Shown here: positions 8,717-21,538 of the stretch, piece by piece
Layout of the letters: each line of letters begins with the position of its first letter
Numbering within the stretch: position 1 is the first letter of the stretch
NCBI GenBank assembly: GCA_002189035.1
Contig: NEEC01000183.1
Coordinates: 1 to 22,425, forward strand
Source of the DNA: Utricularia gibba
Taxonomy: Eukaryota > Plantae > Magnoliophyta
DNA length: 22,425 nt
Direction: 5' to 3'
Notes under the pieces: generated by a model
Seen by the model: only the letters and a program-made list of their open reading frames with translations
Databases searched by the model: none
Told to the model about the DNA's origin: nothing
Position numbers and translations under genes: made by a program

Positions 8717-9567
8717 CGTGACATCCCAATTTCAACAAATGCATCATGATTTTCGTCGAGTGGGCCCATGAGCCCGTCCGAACCCGGGGCCCGGGCCAAG
8801 GGCCCCTCGAGAGCGCCCGCCTCAATACGAGGAGGTGTTCCTTCAAAAACCATATACGCGTCTCGTCACAACCCAACGTTAATAAATGCATCACTTTTTT
8901 TGGCGCGCTACTGCTGACTTTGGGCCTGAGTTCGGCACGACCTCCGGCTCGATCAGGGTGCCCCCCGAGAGCTCCTCCTTAAGTATAAAGTGTGTTGTTG
9001 AAAAAAACCGTGTGCGGTTCTCGTGACATCCTAACTTCAACAAATGCATCACGATTTTCGTCGAGTCGGACGGGACCGGGCTCCCGGGGCCCGGACGAGG
9101 CGCAGCGCCCGCTCCCCTCCCCCCCAAAACTAGAAGGTGTTCCATGGAAAACCATTTAGGCGGCTCGTGACAACCCAAAGTTAATAAATGCATCACTTTC
9201 TTTGCCGGGCTACAATGACTTTACGCTCGAGCCTGGTACGACGTATGGGAAGATTCGAGTGCCCCCCGAGAGCGTCTCCACAAGTATAAAGCGTGTTGTT
9301 GAAAAAACCGTGTTGGGTGCACGTGACATCCTAATTTCAACAAATGTGTCACGATTTTCGCCGAGTGGGACCAGAGTGGGCTCATCAGCCAGACCGAACC
9401 CGGGGCCCAAGCCAAGGGCCCCTCGAGAGCGCCCCCCCACAAAACTAGATGGTGTTCCACGAAAAAAAATTAGGCGGCTCGTGATAACCCAACGCTAAGA
9501 AATGCATCCCTTTTTTCGCCGGGCTAAAACTGACTTTGGGCTCATGCCCGGCGCGACCCCCAGCCCG
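8717..9567. repeat. GC-rich 150/300-bp subrepeat block, copy 4 (consensus form)
   Basis: Subunit heads at 8717, 8864, 9022, 9166, 9322 and 9480 (spacings 147, 158, 144, 156, 158). Confidence 0.92.
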
Positions 9568-9712
9568 TGTGCATACGCAGCAGCACCACGAGGCCACATG
9601 GGCTTGGTTAATGCCCGCGTGCTCGAGCAGCAGCCACAAGGCCATACGGCCGTGGAAAAAAAGAAAAACAACCATAAAATACAATAAGCCAAAAATAAAA
9701 AATAAAATTGAT

Positions 9713-9869
9713 AAACCCTTGGTTCGGTTCGGGCCCAATCAAAACCCGTAGGGTTTAACCCGTTCGGGTTGAACAGAAAGACAACCCCATGGGTCATGCA
9801 AACTGTAATACCCAGAATTTCATCGGGTTGGGTCCGAACCTGAATGGATCCAACCCAGGCCCATCTCTA
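9713..9869. mobile_element. hAT-like terminus, copy 5
   Basis: Same as 378-533. Confidence 0.6.
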
Positions 9870-9872
9870 ATC

Positions 9873-10771
9873 ATAATCATATGATATAGGTTTATTAAAT
9901 TATAAATAATTGAAATACATTATTTATTAAACCGTAGGATAACTGTGAAAGCTTCTTTGACTTAATTATTACCATTTGATCCTCAGTTGTACTTTGGATG
10001 GAGTGTGTATTTTTACTTTAGTCAATTTAATTAGCATTCGATCCTTGGTTATGATTCAGATCATATTTGCTATTTTTTTACTTTAAATATTTTTATTATC
10101 ATTCGATCCTTAAGTATAATGCGGATCGAGCGCGTATTTTTTATTTTAATATTTTTTATTAGCATTCGAACGTTAGGTATGCTGCGGATCGAGCGTATAT
10201 TTTTCACTCTCATATTTTTATTAGCCTTAGATCCTTAGGTATACTTTGGATCGAGTGCATATTCATTTATTTTAAATCTTAATTAGCGTTCCACCGTTAG
10301 GAGCAATTTAGAACGTGTATACATTACAATGCCATGCCACACGGGCGTGGTTTACGCACAACCCACGCCCGTGTGCCCTTGCAATGTAAACACGCTCCAC
10401 ATTGCTCCTAAGGATCGAGCGTTAACACAAGTTTCAAGTAAACCATCTCCACTCGATCCGAATCATGTCTAAAGACCGAAAGCCAATAAAAATATTAAAA
10501 TAAAAAATATACGCTCGATCCGCATCATATCTTAGAATCGAATGCAAATAGAATCGTTCAAATAAAAAATATACACTCGATTGGAATCTTAACCAAGGAT
10601 CGAATGCTAATTAAAATGATTAAAATAAAAATGCACACTCCATCCAAAGTATAACTAAGGGTCGAATGCTAATAAAATTAAAAACTAAGAAACTTTCACA
10701 TGTAGTATATGCTTTAATAACTAACGTATTTACATTATTTATATTTTAATAAACATATATCACATGATTAT
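9873..10771. mobile_element. Foldback inverted repeat, copy 5
   Basis: Same as 2871-3769. Confidence 0.8.
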
Positions 10772-11051
10772 AAAAATATTTTTTTTGTCATTGTAGAAAG
10801 CTCATCACGCCACGCACACCACCCTGGAGAGGTTTCAACAGCTGTTATGAACTCACAACCCCTTGCTCAGCAGATTCAGTAAAATTCTCTAACACTTGGG
10901 CTTCCAACGGATCATATCCCATATTCATTCATACGAAATTGTGCAAGAATAATGTGACTTTGAGTTTGAACTAGATAGTAGGACGCTGATCGAAGAATGG
11001 CCCATCGAGTCTCTAAAATTGGCCGTCCTCGCTCAACAAATGTGGGGTGCA

Positions 11052-11902
11052 CGTGACATCCCAATTTCAACAAATGCATCATGATTTTCGTCGAGTGGGC
11101 CCATGAGCCCGTCCGAACCCGGGGCCCGGGCCAAGGGCCCCTCGAGAGCGCCCGCCTCAATACGAGGAGGTGTTCCTTCAAAAACCATATACGCGTCTCG
11201 TCACAACCCAACGTTAATAAATGCATCACTTTTTTTGGCGCGCTACTGCTGACTTTGGGCCTGAGTTCGGCACGACCTCCGGCTCGATCAGGGTGCCCCC
11301 CGAGAGCTCCTCCTTAAGTATAAAGTGTGTTGTTGAAAAAAACCGTGTGCGGTTCTCGTGACATCCTAACTTCAACAAATGCATCACGATTTTCGTCGAG
11401 TCGGACGGGACCGGGCTCCCGGGGCCCGGACGAGGCGCAGCGCCCGCTCCCCTCCCCCCCAAAACTAGAAGGTGTTCCATGGAAAACCATTTAGGCGGCT
11501 CGTGACAACCCAAAGTTAATAAATGCATCACTTTCTTTGCCGGGCTACAATGACTTTACGCTCGAGCCTGGTACGACGTATGGGAAGATTCGAGTGCCCC
11601 CCGAGAGCGTCTCCACAAGTATAAAGCGTGTTGTTGAAAAAACCGTGTTGGGTGCACGTGACATCCTAATTTCAACAAATGTGTCACGATTTTCGCCGAG
11701 TGGGACCAGAGTGGGCTCATCAGCCAGACCGAACCCGGGGCCCAAGCCAAGGGCCCCTCGAGAGCGCCCCCCCACAAAACTAGATGGTGTTCCACGAAAA
11801 AAAATTAGGCGGCTCGTGATAACCCAACGCTAAGAAATGCATCCCTTTTTTCGCCGGGCTAAAACTGACTTTGGGCTCATGCCCGGCGCGACCCCCAGCC
11901 CG
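11052..11902. repeat. GC-rich 150/300-bp subrepeat block, copy 5
   Basis: Same as 8717-9567. Confidence 0.92.
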
Positions 11903-12047
11903 TGTGCATACGCAGCAGCACCACGAGGCCACATGGGCTTGGTTAATGCCCGCGTGCTCGAGCAGCAGCCACAAGGCCATACGGCCGTGGAAAAAAAGAA
12001 AAACAACCATAAAATACAATAAGCCAAAAATAAAAAATAAAATTGAT

Positions 12048-12204
12048 AAACCCTTGGTTCGGTTCGGGCCCAATCAAAACCCGTAGGGTTTAACCCGTTC
12101 GGGTTGAACAGAAAGACAACCCCATGGGTCATGCAAACTGTAATACCCAGAATTTCATCGGGTTGGGTCCGAACCTGAATGGATCCAACCCAGGCCCATC
12201 TCTA
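12048..12204. mobile_element. hAT-like terminus, copy 6
   Basis: Same as 378-533. Confidence 0.6.
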
Positions 12205-12207
12205 ATC

Positions 12208-13106
12208 ATAATCATATGATATAGGTTTATTAAATTATAAATAATTGAAATACATTATTTATTAAACCGTAGGATAACTGTGAAAGCTTCTTTGACTTAA
12301 TTATTACCATTTGATCCTCAGTTGTACTTTGGATGGAGTGTGTATTTTTACTTTAGTCAATTTAATTAGCATTCGATCCTTGGTTATGATTCAGATCATA
12401 TTTGCTATTTTTTTACTTTAAATATTTTTATTATCATTCGATCCTTAAGTATAATGCGGATCGAGCGCGTATTTTTTATTTTAATATTTTTTATTAGCAT
12501 TCGAACGTTAGGTATGCTGCGGATCGAGCGTATATTTTTCACTCTCATATTTTTATTAGCCTTAGATCCTTAGGTATACTTTGGATCGAGTGCATATTCA
12601 TTTATTTTAAATCTTAATTAGCGTTCCACCGTTAGGAGCAATTTAGAACGTGTATACATTACAATGCCATGCCACACGGGCGTGGTTTACGCACAACCCA
12701 CGCCCGTGTGCCCTTGCAATGTAAACACGCTCCACATTGCTCCTAAGGATCGAGCGTTAACACAAGTTTCAAGTAAACCATCTCCACTCGATCCGAATCA
12801 TGTCTAAAGACCGAAAGCCAATAAAAATATTAAAATAAAAAATATACGCTCGATCCGCATCATATCTTAGAATCGAATGCAAATAGAATCGTTCAAATAA
12901 AAAATATACACTCGATTGGAATCTTAACCAAGGATCGAATGCTAATTAAAATGATTAAAATAAAAATGCACACTCCATCCAAAGTATAACTAAGGGTCGA
13001 ATGCTAATAAAATTAAAAACTAAGAAACTTTCACATGTAGTATATGCTTTAATAACTAACGTATTTACATTATTTATATTTTAATAAACATATATCACAT
13101 GATTAT
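12208..13106. mobile_element. Foldback inverted repeat, copy 6
   Basis: Same as 2871-3769. Confidence 0.8.
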
Positions 13107-13386
13107 AAAAATATTTTTTTTGTCATTGTAGAAAGCTCATCACGCCACGCACACCACCCTGGAGAGGTTTCAACAGCTGTTATGAACTCACAACCCCTTG
13201 CTCAGCAGATTCAGTAAAATTCTCTAACACTTGGGCTTCCAACGGATCATATCCCATATTCATTCATACGAAATTGTGCAAGAATAATGTGACTTTGAGT
13301 TTGAACTAGATAGTAGGACGCTGATCGAAGAATGGCCCATCGAGTCTCTAAAATTGGCCGTCCTCGCTCAACAAATGTGGGGTGCA

Positions 13387-14236
13387 CGTGACATCCCAAT
13401 TTCAACAAATGCATCATGATTTTCGTCGAGTGGGCCCATGAGCCCGTCCGAACCCGGGGCCCGGGCCAAGGGCCCCTCGAGAGCGCCCGCCTCAATACGA
13501 GGAGGTGTTCCTTCAAAAACCATATACGCGTCTCGTCACAACCCAACGTTAATAAATGCATCACTTTTTTTGGCGCGCTACTGCTGACTTTGGGCCTGAG
13601 TTCGGCACGACCTCCGGCTCGATCAGGGTGCCCCCCGAGAGCTCCTCCTTAAGTATAAAGTGTGTTGTTGAAAAAAACCGTGTGCGGTTCTCGTGACATC
13701 CTAACTTCAACAAATGCATCACGATTTTCGTCGAGTCGGACGGGACCGGGCTCCCGGGGCCCGGACGAGGCGCAGCGCCCGCTCCCCTCCCCCCCAAAAC
13801 TAGAAGGTGTTCCATGGAAAACCATTTAGGCGGCTCGTGACAACCCAAAGTTAATAAATGCATCACTTTCTTTGCCGGGCTACAATGACTTTACGCTCGA
13901 GCCTGGTACGACGTATGGGAAGATTCGAGTGCCCCCCGAGAGCGTCTCCACAAGTATAAAGCGTGTTGTTGAAAAAACCGTGTTGGGTGCACGTGACATC
14001 CTAATTTCAACAAATGTGTCACGATTTTCGCCGAGTGGGACCAGAGTGGGCTCATCAGCCAGACCGAACCCGGGGCCCAAGCCAAGGGCCCCTCGAGAGC
14101 GCCCCCCACAAAACTAGATGGTGTTCCACGAAAAAAAATTAGGCGGCTCGTGATAACCCAACGCTAAGAAATGCATCCCTTTTTTCGCCGGGCTAAAACT
14201 GACTTTGGGCTCATGCCCGGCGCGACCCCCAGCCCG
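13387..14236. repeat. GC-rich 150/300-bp subrepeat block, copy 6
   Basis: Same as 8717-9567, with one C fewer at ~14102. Confidence 0.92.
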
Positions 14237-14381
14237 TGTGCATACGCAGCAGCACCACGAGGCCACATGGGCTTGGTTAATGCCCGCGTGCTCGAGCAGC
14301 AGCCACAAGGCCATACGGCCGTGGAAAAAAAGAAAAACAACCATAAAATACAATAAGCCAAAAATAAAAAATAAAATTGAT

Positions 14382-14538
14382 AAACCCTTGGTTCGGTTCG
14401 GGCCCAATCAAAACCCGTAGGGTTTAACCCGTTCGGGTTGAACAGAAAGACAACCCCATGGGTCATGCAAACTGTAATACCCAGAATTTCATCGGGTTGG
14501 GTCCGAACCTGAATGGATCCAACCCAGGCCCATCTCTA
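14382..14538. mobile_element. hAT-like terminus, copy 7
   Basis: Same as 378-533. Confidence 0.6.
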
Positions 14539-14541
14539 ATC

Positions 14542-15440
14542 ATAATCATATGATATAGGTTTATTAAATTATAAATAATTGAAATACATTATTTATTAAA
14601 CCGTAGGATAACTGTGAAAGCTTCTTTGACTTAATTATTACCATTTGATCCTCAGTTGTACTTTGGATGGAGTGTGTATTTTTACTTTAGTCAATTTAAT
14701 TAGCATTCGATCCTTGGTTATGATTCAGATCATATTTGCTATTTTTTTACTTTAAATATTTTTATTATCATTCGATCCTTAAGTATAATGCGGATCGAGC
14801 GCGTATTTTTTATTTTAATATTTTTTATTAGCATTCGAACGTTAGGTATGCTGCGGATCGAGCGTATATTTTTCACTCTCATATTTTTATTAGCCTTAGA
14901 TCCTTAGGTATACTTTGGATCGAGTGCATATTCATTTATTTTAAATCTTAATTAGCGTTCCACCGTTAGGAGCAATTTAGAACGTGTATACATTACAATG
15001 CCATGCCACACGGGCGTGGTTTACGCACAACCCACGCCCGTGTGCCCTTGCAATGTAAACACGCTCCACATTGCTCCTAAGGATCGAGCGTTAACACAAG
15101 TTTCAAGTAAACCATCTCCACTCGATCCGAATCATGTCTAAAGACCGAAAGCCAATAAAAATATTAAAATAAAAAATATACGCTCGATCCGCATCATATC
15201 TTAGAATCGAATGCAAATAGAATCGTTCAAATAAAAAATATACACTCGATTGGAATCTTAACCAAGGATCGAATGCTAATTAAAATGATTAAAATAAAAA
15301 TGCACACTCCATCCAAAGTATAACTAAGGGTCGAATGCTAATAAAATTAAAAACTAAGAAACTTTCACATGTAGTATATGCTTTAATAACTAACGTATTT
15401 ACATTATTTATATTTTAATAAACATATATCACATGATTAT
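14542..15440. mobile_element. Foldback inverted repeat, copy 7
   Basis: Same as 2871-3769. Confidence 0.8.
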
Positions 15441-15720
15441 AAAAATATTTTTTTTGTCATTGTAGAAAGCTCATCACGCCACGCACACCACCCTGGAGAG
15501 GTTTCAACAGCTGTTATGAACTCACAACCCCTTGCTCAGCAGATTCAGTAAAATTCTCTAACACTTGGGCTTCCAACGGATCATATCCCATATTCATTCA
15601 TACGAAATTGTGCAAGAATAATGTGACTTTGAGTTTGAACTAGATAGTAGGACGCTGATCGAAGAATGGCCCATCGAGTCTCTAAAATTGGCCGTCCTCG
15701 CTCAACAAATGTGGGGTGCA

Positions 15721-16572
15721 CGTGACATCCCAATTTCAACAAATGCATCATGATTTTCGTCGAGTGGGCCCATGAGCCCGTCCGAACCCGGGGCCCGGGC
15801 CAAGGGCCCCTCGAGAGCGCCCGCCTCAATACGAGGAGGTGTTCCTTCAAAAACCATATACGCGTCTCGTCACAACCCAACGTTAATAAATGCATCACTT
15901 TTTTTGGCGCGCTACTGCTGACTTTGGGCCTGAGTTCGGCACGACCTCCGGCTCGATCAGGGTGCCCCACCGAGAGCTCCTCCTTAAGTATAAAGTGTGT
16001 TGTTGAAAAAAACCGTGTGCGGTTCTCGTGACATCCTAACTTCAACAAATGCATCACGATTTTCGTCGAGTCGGACGGGACCGGGCTCCCGGGGCCCGGA
16101 CGAGGCGCAGCGCCCGCTCCCCTCCCCCCCAAAACTAGAAGGTGTTCCATGGAAAACCATTTAGGCGGCTCGTGACAACCCAAAGTTAATAAATGCATCA
16201 CTTTCTTTGCCGGGCTACAATGACTTTACGCTCGAGCCTGGTACGACGTATGGGAAGATTCGAGTGCCCCCCGAGAGCGTCTCCACAAGTATAAAGCGTG
16301 TTGTTGAAAAAACCGTGTTGGGTGCACGTGACATCCTAATTTCAACAAATGTGTCACGATTTTCGCCGAGTGGGACCAGAGTGGGCTCATCAGCCAGACC
16401 GAACCCGGGGCCCAAGCCAAGGGCCCCTCGAGAGCGCCCCCCCACAAAACTAGATGGTGTTCCACGAAAAAAAATTAGGCGGCTCGTGATAACCCAACGC
16501 TAAGAAATGCATCCCTTTTTTCGCCGGGCTAAAACTGACTTTGGGCTCATGCCCGGCGCGACCCCCAGCCCG
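15721..16572. repeat. GC-rich 150/300-bp subrepeat block, copy 7
   Basis: Same as 8717-9567, plus an A insertion at 15969. Confidence 0.92.
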
Positions 16573-16717
16573 TGTGCATACGCAGCAGCACCACGAGGCC
16601 ACATGGGCTTGGTTAATGCCCGCGTGCTCGAGCAGCAGCCACAAGGCCATACGGCCGTGGAAAAAAAGAAAAACAACCATAAAATACAATAAGCCAAAAA
16701 TAAAAAATAAAATTGAT

Positions 16718-16874
16718 AAACCCTTGGTTCGGTTCGGGCCCAATCAAAACCCGTAGGGTTTAACCCGTTCGGGTTGAACAGAAAGACAACCCCATGGGTC
16801 ATGCAAACTGTAATACCCAGAATTTCATCGGGTTGGGTCCGAACCTGAATGGATCCAACCCAGGCCCATCTCTA
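16718..16874. mobile_element. hAT-like terminus, copy 8
   Basis: Same as 378-533. Confidence 0.6.
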
Positions 16875-16877
16875 ATC

Positions 16878-17776
16878 ATAATCATATGATATAGGTTTAT
16901 TAAATTATAAATAATTGAAATACATTATTTATTAAACCGTAGGATAACTGTGAAAGCTTCTTTGACTTAATTATTACCATTTGATCCTCAGTTGTACTTT
17001 GGATGGAGTGTGTATTTTTACTTTAGTCAATTTAATTAGCATTCGATCCTTGGTTATGATTCAGATCATATTTGCTATTTTTTTACTTTAAATATTTTTA
17101 TTATCATTCGATCCTTAAGTATAATGCGGATCGAGCGCGTATTTTTTATTTTAATATTTTTTATTAGCATTCGAACGTTAGGTATGCTGCGGATCGAGCG
17201 TATATTTTTCACTCTCATATTTTTATTAGCCTTAGATCCTTAGGTATACTTTGGATCGAGTGCATATTCATTTATTTTAAATCTTAATTAGCGTTCCACC
17301 GTTAGGAGCAATTTAGAACGTGTATACATTACAATGCCATGCCACACGGGCGTGGTTTACGCACAACCCACGCCCGTGTGCCCTTGCAATGTAAACACGC
17401 TCCACATTGCTCCTAAGGATCGAGCGTTAACACAAGTTTCAAGTAAACCATCTCCACTCGATCCGAATCATGTCTAAAGACCGAAAGCCAATAAAAATAT
17501 TAAAATAAAAAATATACGCTCGATCCGCATCATATCTTAGAATCGAATGCAAATAGAATCGTTCAAATAAAAAATATACACTCGATTGGAATCTTAACCA
17601 AGGATCGAATGCTAATTAAAATGATTAAAATAAAAATGCACACTCCATCCAAAGTATAACTAAGGGTCGAATGCTAATAAAATTAAAAACTAAGAAACTT
17701 TCACATGTAGTATATGCTTTAATAACTAACGTATTTACATTATTTATATTTTAATAAACATATATCACATGATTAT
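16878..17776. mobile_element. Foldback inverted repeat, copy 8
   Basis: Same as 2871-3769. Confidence 0.8.
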
Positions 17777-18056
17777 AAAAATATTTTTTTTGTCATTGTA
17801 GAAAGCTCATCACGCCACGCACACCACCCTGGAGAGGTTTCAACAGCTGTTATGAACTCACAACCCCTTGCTCAGCAGATTCAGTAAAATTCTCTAACAC
17901 TTGGGCTTCCAACGGATCATATCCCATATTCATTCATACGAAATTGTGCAAGAATAATGTGACTTTGAGTTTGAACTAGATAGTAGGACGCTGATCGAAG
18001 AATGGCCCATCGAGTCTCTAAAATTGGCCGTCCTCGCTCAACAAATGTGGGGTGCA

Positions 18057-18906
18057 CGTGACATCCCAATTTCAACAAATGCATCATGATTTTCGTCGAG
18101 TGGGCCCATGAGCCCGTCCGAACCCGGGGCCCGGGCCAAGGGCCCCTCGAGAGCGCCCGCCTCAATACGAGGAGGTGTTCCTTCAAAAACCATATACGCG
18201 TCTCGTCACAACCCAACGTTAATAAATGCATCACTTTTTTTGGCGCGCTACTGCTGACTTTGGGCCTGAGTTCGGCACGACCTCCGGCTCGATCAGGGTG
18301 CCCCCCGAGAGCTCCTCCTTAAGTATAAAGTGTGTTGTTGAAAAAAACGTGTGCGGTTCTCGTGACATCCTAACTTCAACAAATGCATCACGATTTTCGT
18401 CGAGTCGGACGGGACCGGGCTCCCGGGGCCCGGACGAGGCGCAGCGCCCGCTCCCCTCCCCCCCAAAACTAGAAGGTGTTCCATGGAAAACCATTTAGGC
18501 GGCTCGTGACAACCCAAAGTTAATAAATGCATCACTTTCTTTGCCGGGCTACAATGACTTTACGCTCGAGCCTGGTACGACGTATGGGAAGATTCGAGTG
18601 CCCCCCGAGAGCGTCTCCACAAGTATAAAGCGTGTTGTTGAAAAAACCGTGTTGGGTGCACGTGACATCCTAATTTCAACAAATGTGTCACGATTTTCGC
18701 CGAGTGGGACCAGAGTGGGCTCATCAGCCAGACCGAACCCGGGGCCCAAGCCAAGGGCCCCTCGAGAGCGCCCCCCCACAAAACTAGATGGTGTTCCACG
18801 AAAAAAAATTAGGCGGCTCGTGATAACCCAACGCTAAGAAATGCATCCCTTTTTTCGCCGGGCTAAAACTGACTTTGGGCTCATGCCCGGCGCGACCCCC
18901 AGCCCG
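18057..18906. repeat. GC-rich 150/300-bp subrepeat block, copy 8
   Basis: Same as 8717-9567, with one C fewer at ~18348. Confidence 0.92.
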
Positions 18907-19050
18907 TGTGCATACGCAGCAGCACCACGAGGCCACATGGGCTTGGTTAATGCCCGCGTGCTCGAGCAGCAGCCACAAGGCCATACGGCCGTGGAAAAAA
19001 AGAAAAACAACCATAAAATACAATAAGCCAAAAATAAAAATAAAATTGAT

Positions 19051-19207
19051 AAACCCTTGGTTCGGTTCGGGCCCAATCAAAACCCGTAGGGTTTAACCCG
19101 TTCGGGTTGAACAGAAAGACAACCCCATGGGTCATGCAAACTGTAATACCCAGAATTTCATCGGGTTGGGTCCGAACCTGAATGGATCCAACCCAGGCCC
19201 ATCTCTA
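19051..19207. mobile_element. hAT-like terminus, copy 9
   Basis: Same as 378-533. Confidence 0.6.
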
Positions 19208-19210
19208 ATC

Positions 19211-20109
19211 ATAATCATATGATATAGGTTTATTAAATTATAAATAATTGAAATACATTATTTATTAAACCGTAGGATAACTGTGAAAGCTTCTTTGACT
19301 TAATTATTACCATTTGATCCTCAGTTGTACTTTGGATGGAGTGTGTATTTTTACTTTAGTCAATTTAATTAGCATTCGATCCTTGGTTATGATTCAGATC
19401 ATATTTGCTATTTTTTTACTTTAAATATTTTTATTATCATTCGATCCTTAAGTATAATGCGGATCGAGCGCGTATTTTTTATTTTAATATTTTTTATTAG
19501 CATTCGAACGTTAGGTATGCTGCGGATCGAGCGTATATTTTTCACTCTCATATTTTTATTAGCCTTAGATCCTTAGGTATACTTTGGATCGAGTGCATAT
19601 TCATTTATTTTAAATCTTAATTAGCGTTCCACCGTTAGGAGCAATTTAGAACGTGTATACATTACAATGCCATGCCACACGGGCGTGGTTTACGCACAAC
19701 CCACGCCCGTGTGCCCTTGCAATGTAAACACGCTCCACATTGCTCCTAAGGATCGAGCGTTAACACAAGTTTCAAGTAAACCATCTCCACTCGATCCGAA
19801 TCATGTCTAAAGACCGAAAGCCAATAAAAATATTAAAATAAAAAATATACGCTCGATCCGCATCATATCTTAGAATCGAATGCAAATAGAATCGTTCAAA
19901 TAAAAAATATACACTCGATTGGAATCTTAACCAAGGATCGAATGCTAATTAAAATGATTAAAATAAAAATGCACACTCCATCCAAAGTATAACTAAGGGT
20001 CGAATGCTAATAAAATTAAAAACTAAGAAACTTTCACATGTAGTATATGCTTTAATAACTAACGTATTTACATTATTTATATTTTAATAAACATATATCA
20101 CATGATTAT
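19211..20109. mobile_element. Foldback inverted repeat, copy 9
   Basis: Same as 2871-3769. Confidence 0.8.
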
Positions 20110-20389
20110 AAAAATATTTTTTTTGTCATTGTAGAAAGCTCATCACGCCACGCACACCACCCTGGAGAGGTTTCAACAGCTGTTATGAACTCACAACCCC
20201 TTGCTCAGCAGATTCAGTAAAATTCTCTAACACTTGGGCTTCCAACGGATCATATCCCATATTCATTCATACGAAATTGTGCAAGAATAATGTGACTTTG
20301 AGTTTGAACTAGATAGTAGGACGCTGATCGAAGAATGGCCCATCGAGTCTCTAAAATTGGCCGTCCTCGCTCAACAAATGTGGGGTGCA

Positions 20390-21236
20390 CGTGACATCCC
20401 AATTTCAACAAATGCATCATGATTTTCGTCGAGTGGGCCCATGAGCCCGTCCGAACCCGGGGCCCGGGCCAAGGGCCCCTCGAGAGCGCCCGCCTCAATA
20501 CGAGGAGGTGTTCCTTCAAAAACCATATACGCGTCTCGTCACAACCCAACGTTAATAAATGCATCACTTTTTTTGGCGCGCTACTGCTGACTTTGGGCCT
20601 GAGTTCGGCACGACCTCCGGCTCGATCAGGGTGCCCCCCGAGAGCTCCTCCTTAAGTATAAAGTGTGTTGTTGAAAAAAACCGTGTGCGGTTCTCGTGAC
20701 ATCCTAACTTCAACAAATGCATCACGATTTTCGTCGAGTCGGACGGGACCGGGCTCCCGGGGCCCGGACGAGGCGCAGCGCCCGCTCCCCTCCCCCCCAA
20801 AACTAGAAGGTGTTCCATGGAAAACCATTTAGGCGGCTCGTGACAACCCAAAGTTAATAAATGCATCACTTTCTTTGCCGGGCTACAATGACTTTACGCT
20901 CGAGCCTGGTACGACGTATGGGAAGATTCGAGTGCCCCCGAGAGCGTCTCCACAAGTATAAAGCGTGTTGTTGAAAAAACCGTGTTGGGTGCACGTGACA
21001 TCCTAATTTCAACAAATGTGTCACGATTTTCGCCGAGTGGGACCAGAGTGGGCTCATCAGCCAGACCGAACCCGGGCCCAAGCCAAGGGCCCTCGAGAGC
21101 GCCCCCCCACAAAACTAGATGGTGTTCCACGAAAAAAAATTAGGCGGCTCGTGATAACCCAACGCTAAGAAATGCATCCCTTTTTTCGCCGGCTAAAACT
21201 GACTTTGGGCTCATGCCCGGCGCGACCCCCAGCCCG
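20390..21236. repeat. GC-rich 150/300-bp subrepeat block, copy 9
   Basis: Same as 8717-9567, with four 1-nt homopolymer deletions. Confidence 0.9.
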
Positions 21237-21380
21237 TGTGCATACGCAGCAGCACCACGAGGCCACATGGGCTTGGTTAATGCCCGCGTGCTCGAGCAGC
21301 AGCCACAAGGCCATACGGCCGTGGAAAAAAAGAAAAACAACCATAAAATACAATAAGCCAAAAAAAAAAATAAAATTGAT

Positions 21381-21535
21381 AAACCCTTGGTTCGGTTCGG
21401 GCCCAATCAAACCCGTAGGGTTTAACCCGTTCGGGTTGAACAGAAAGACAACCCATGGGTCATGCAAACTGTAATACCCAGAATTTCATCGGGTTGGGTC
21501 CGAACCTGAATGGATCCAACCCAGGCCCATCTCTA
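21381..21535. mobile_element. hAT-like terminus, copy 10
   Basis: Same as 378-533, with two homopolymer deletions. Confidence 0.6.
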
Positions 21536-21538
21536 ATC

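Noticed and set aside
110-21474. All ORFs in the six-frame track (61-206 aa), including the recurring MHLL(T/K)LGC motif
   Set aside because: They have no recognisable domain, overlap in conflicting frames and are reshuffled by homopolymer indels. The recurring peptide simply reflects the ~150-bp DNA subunit head.
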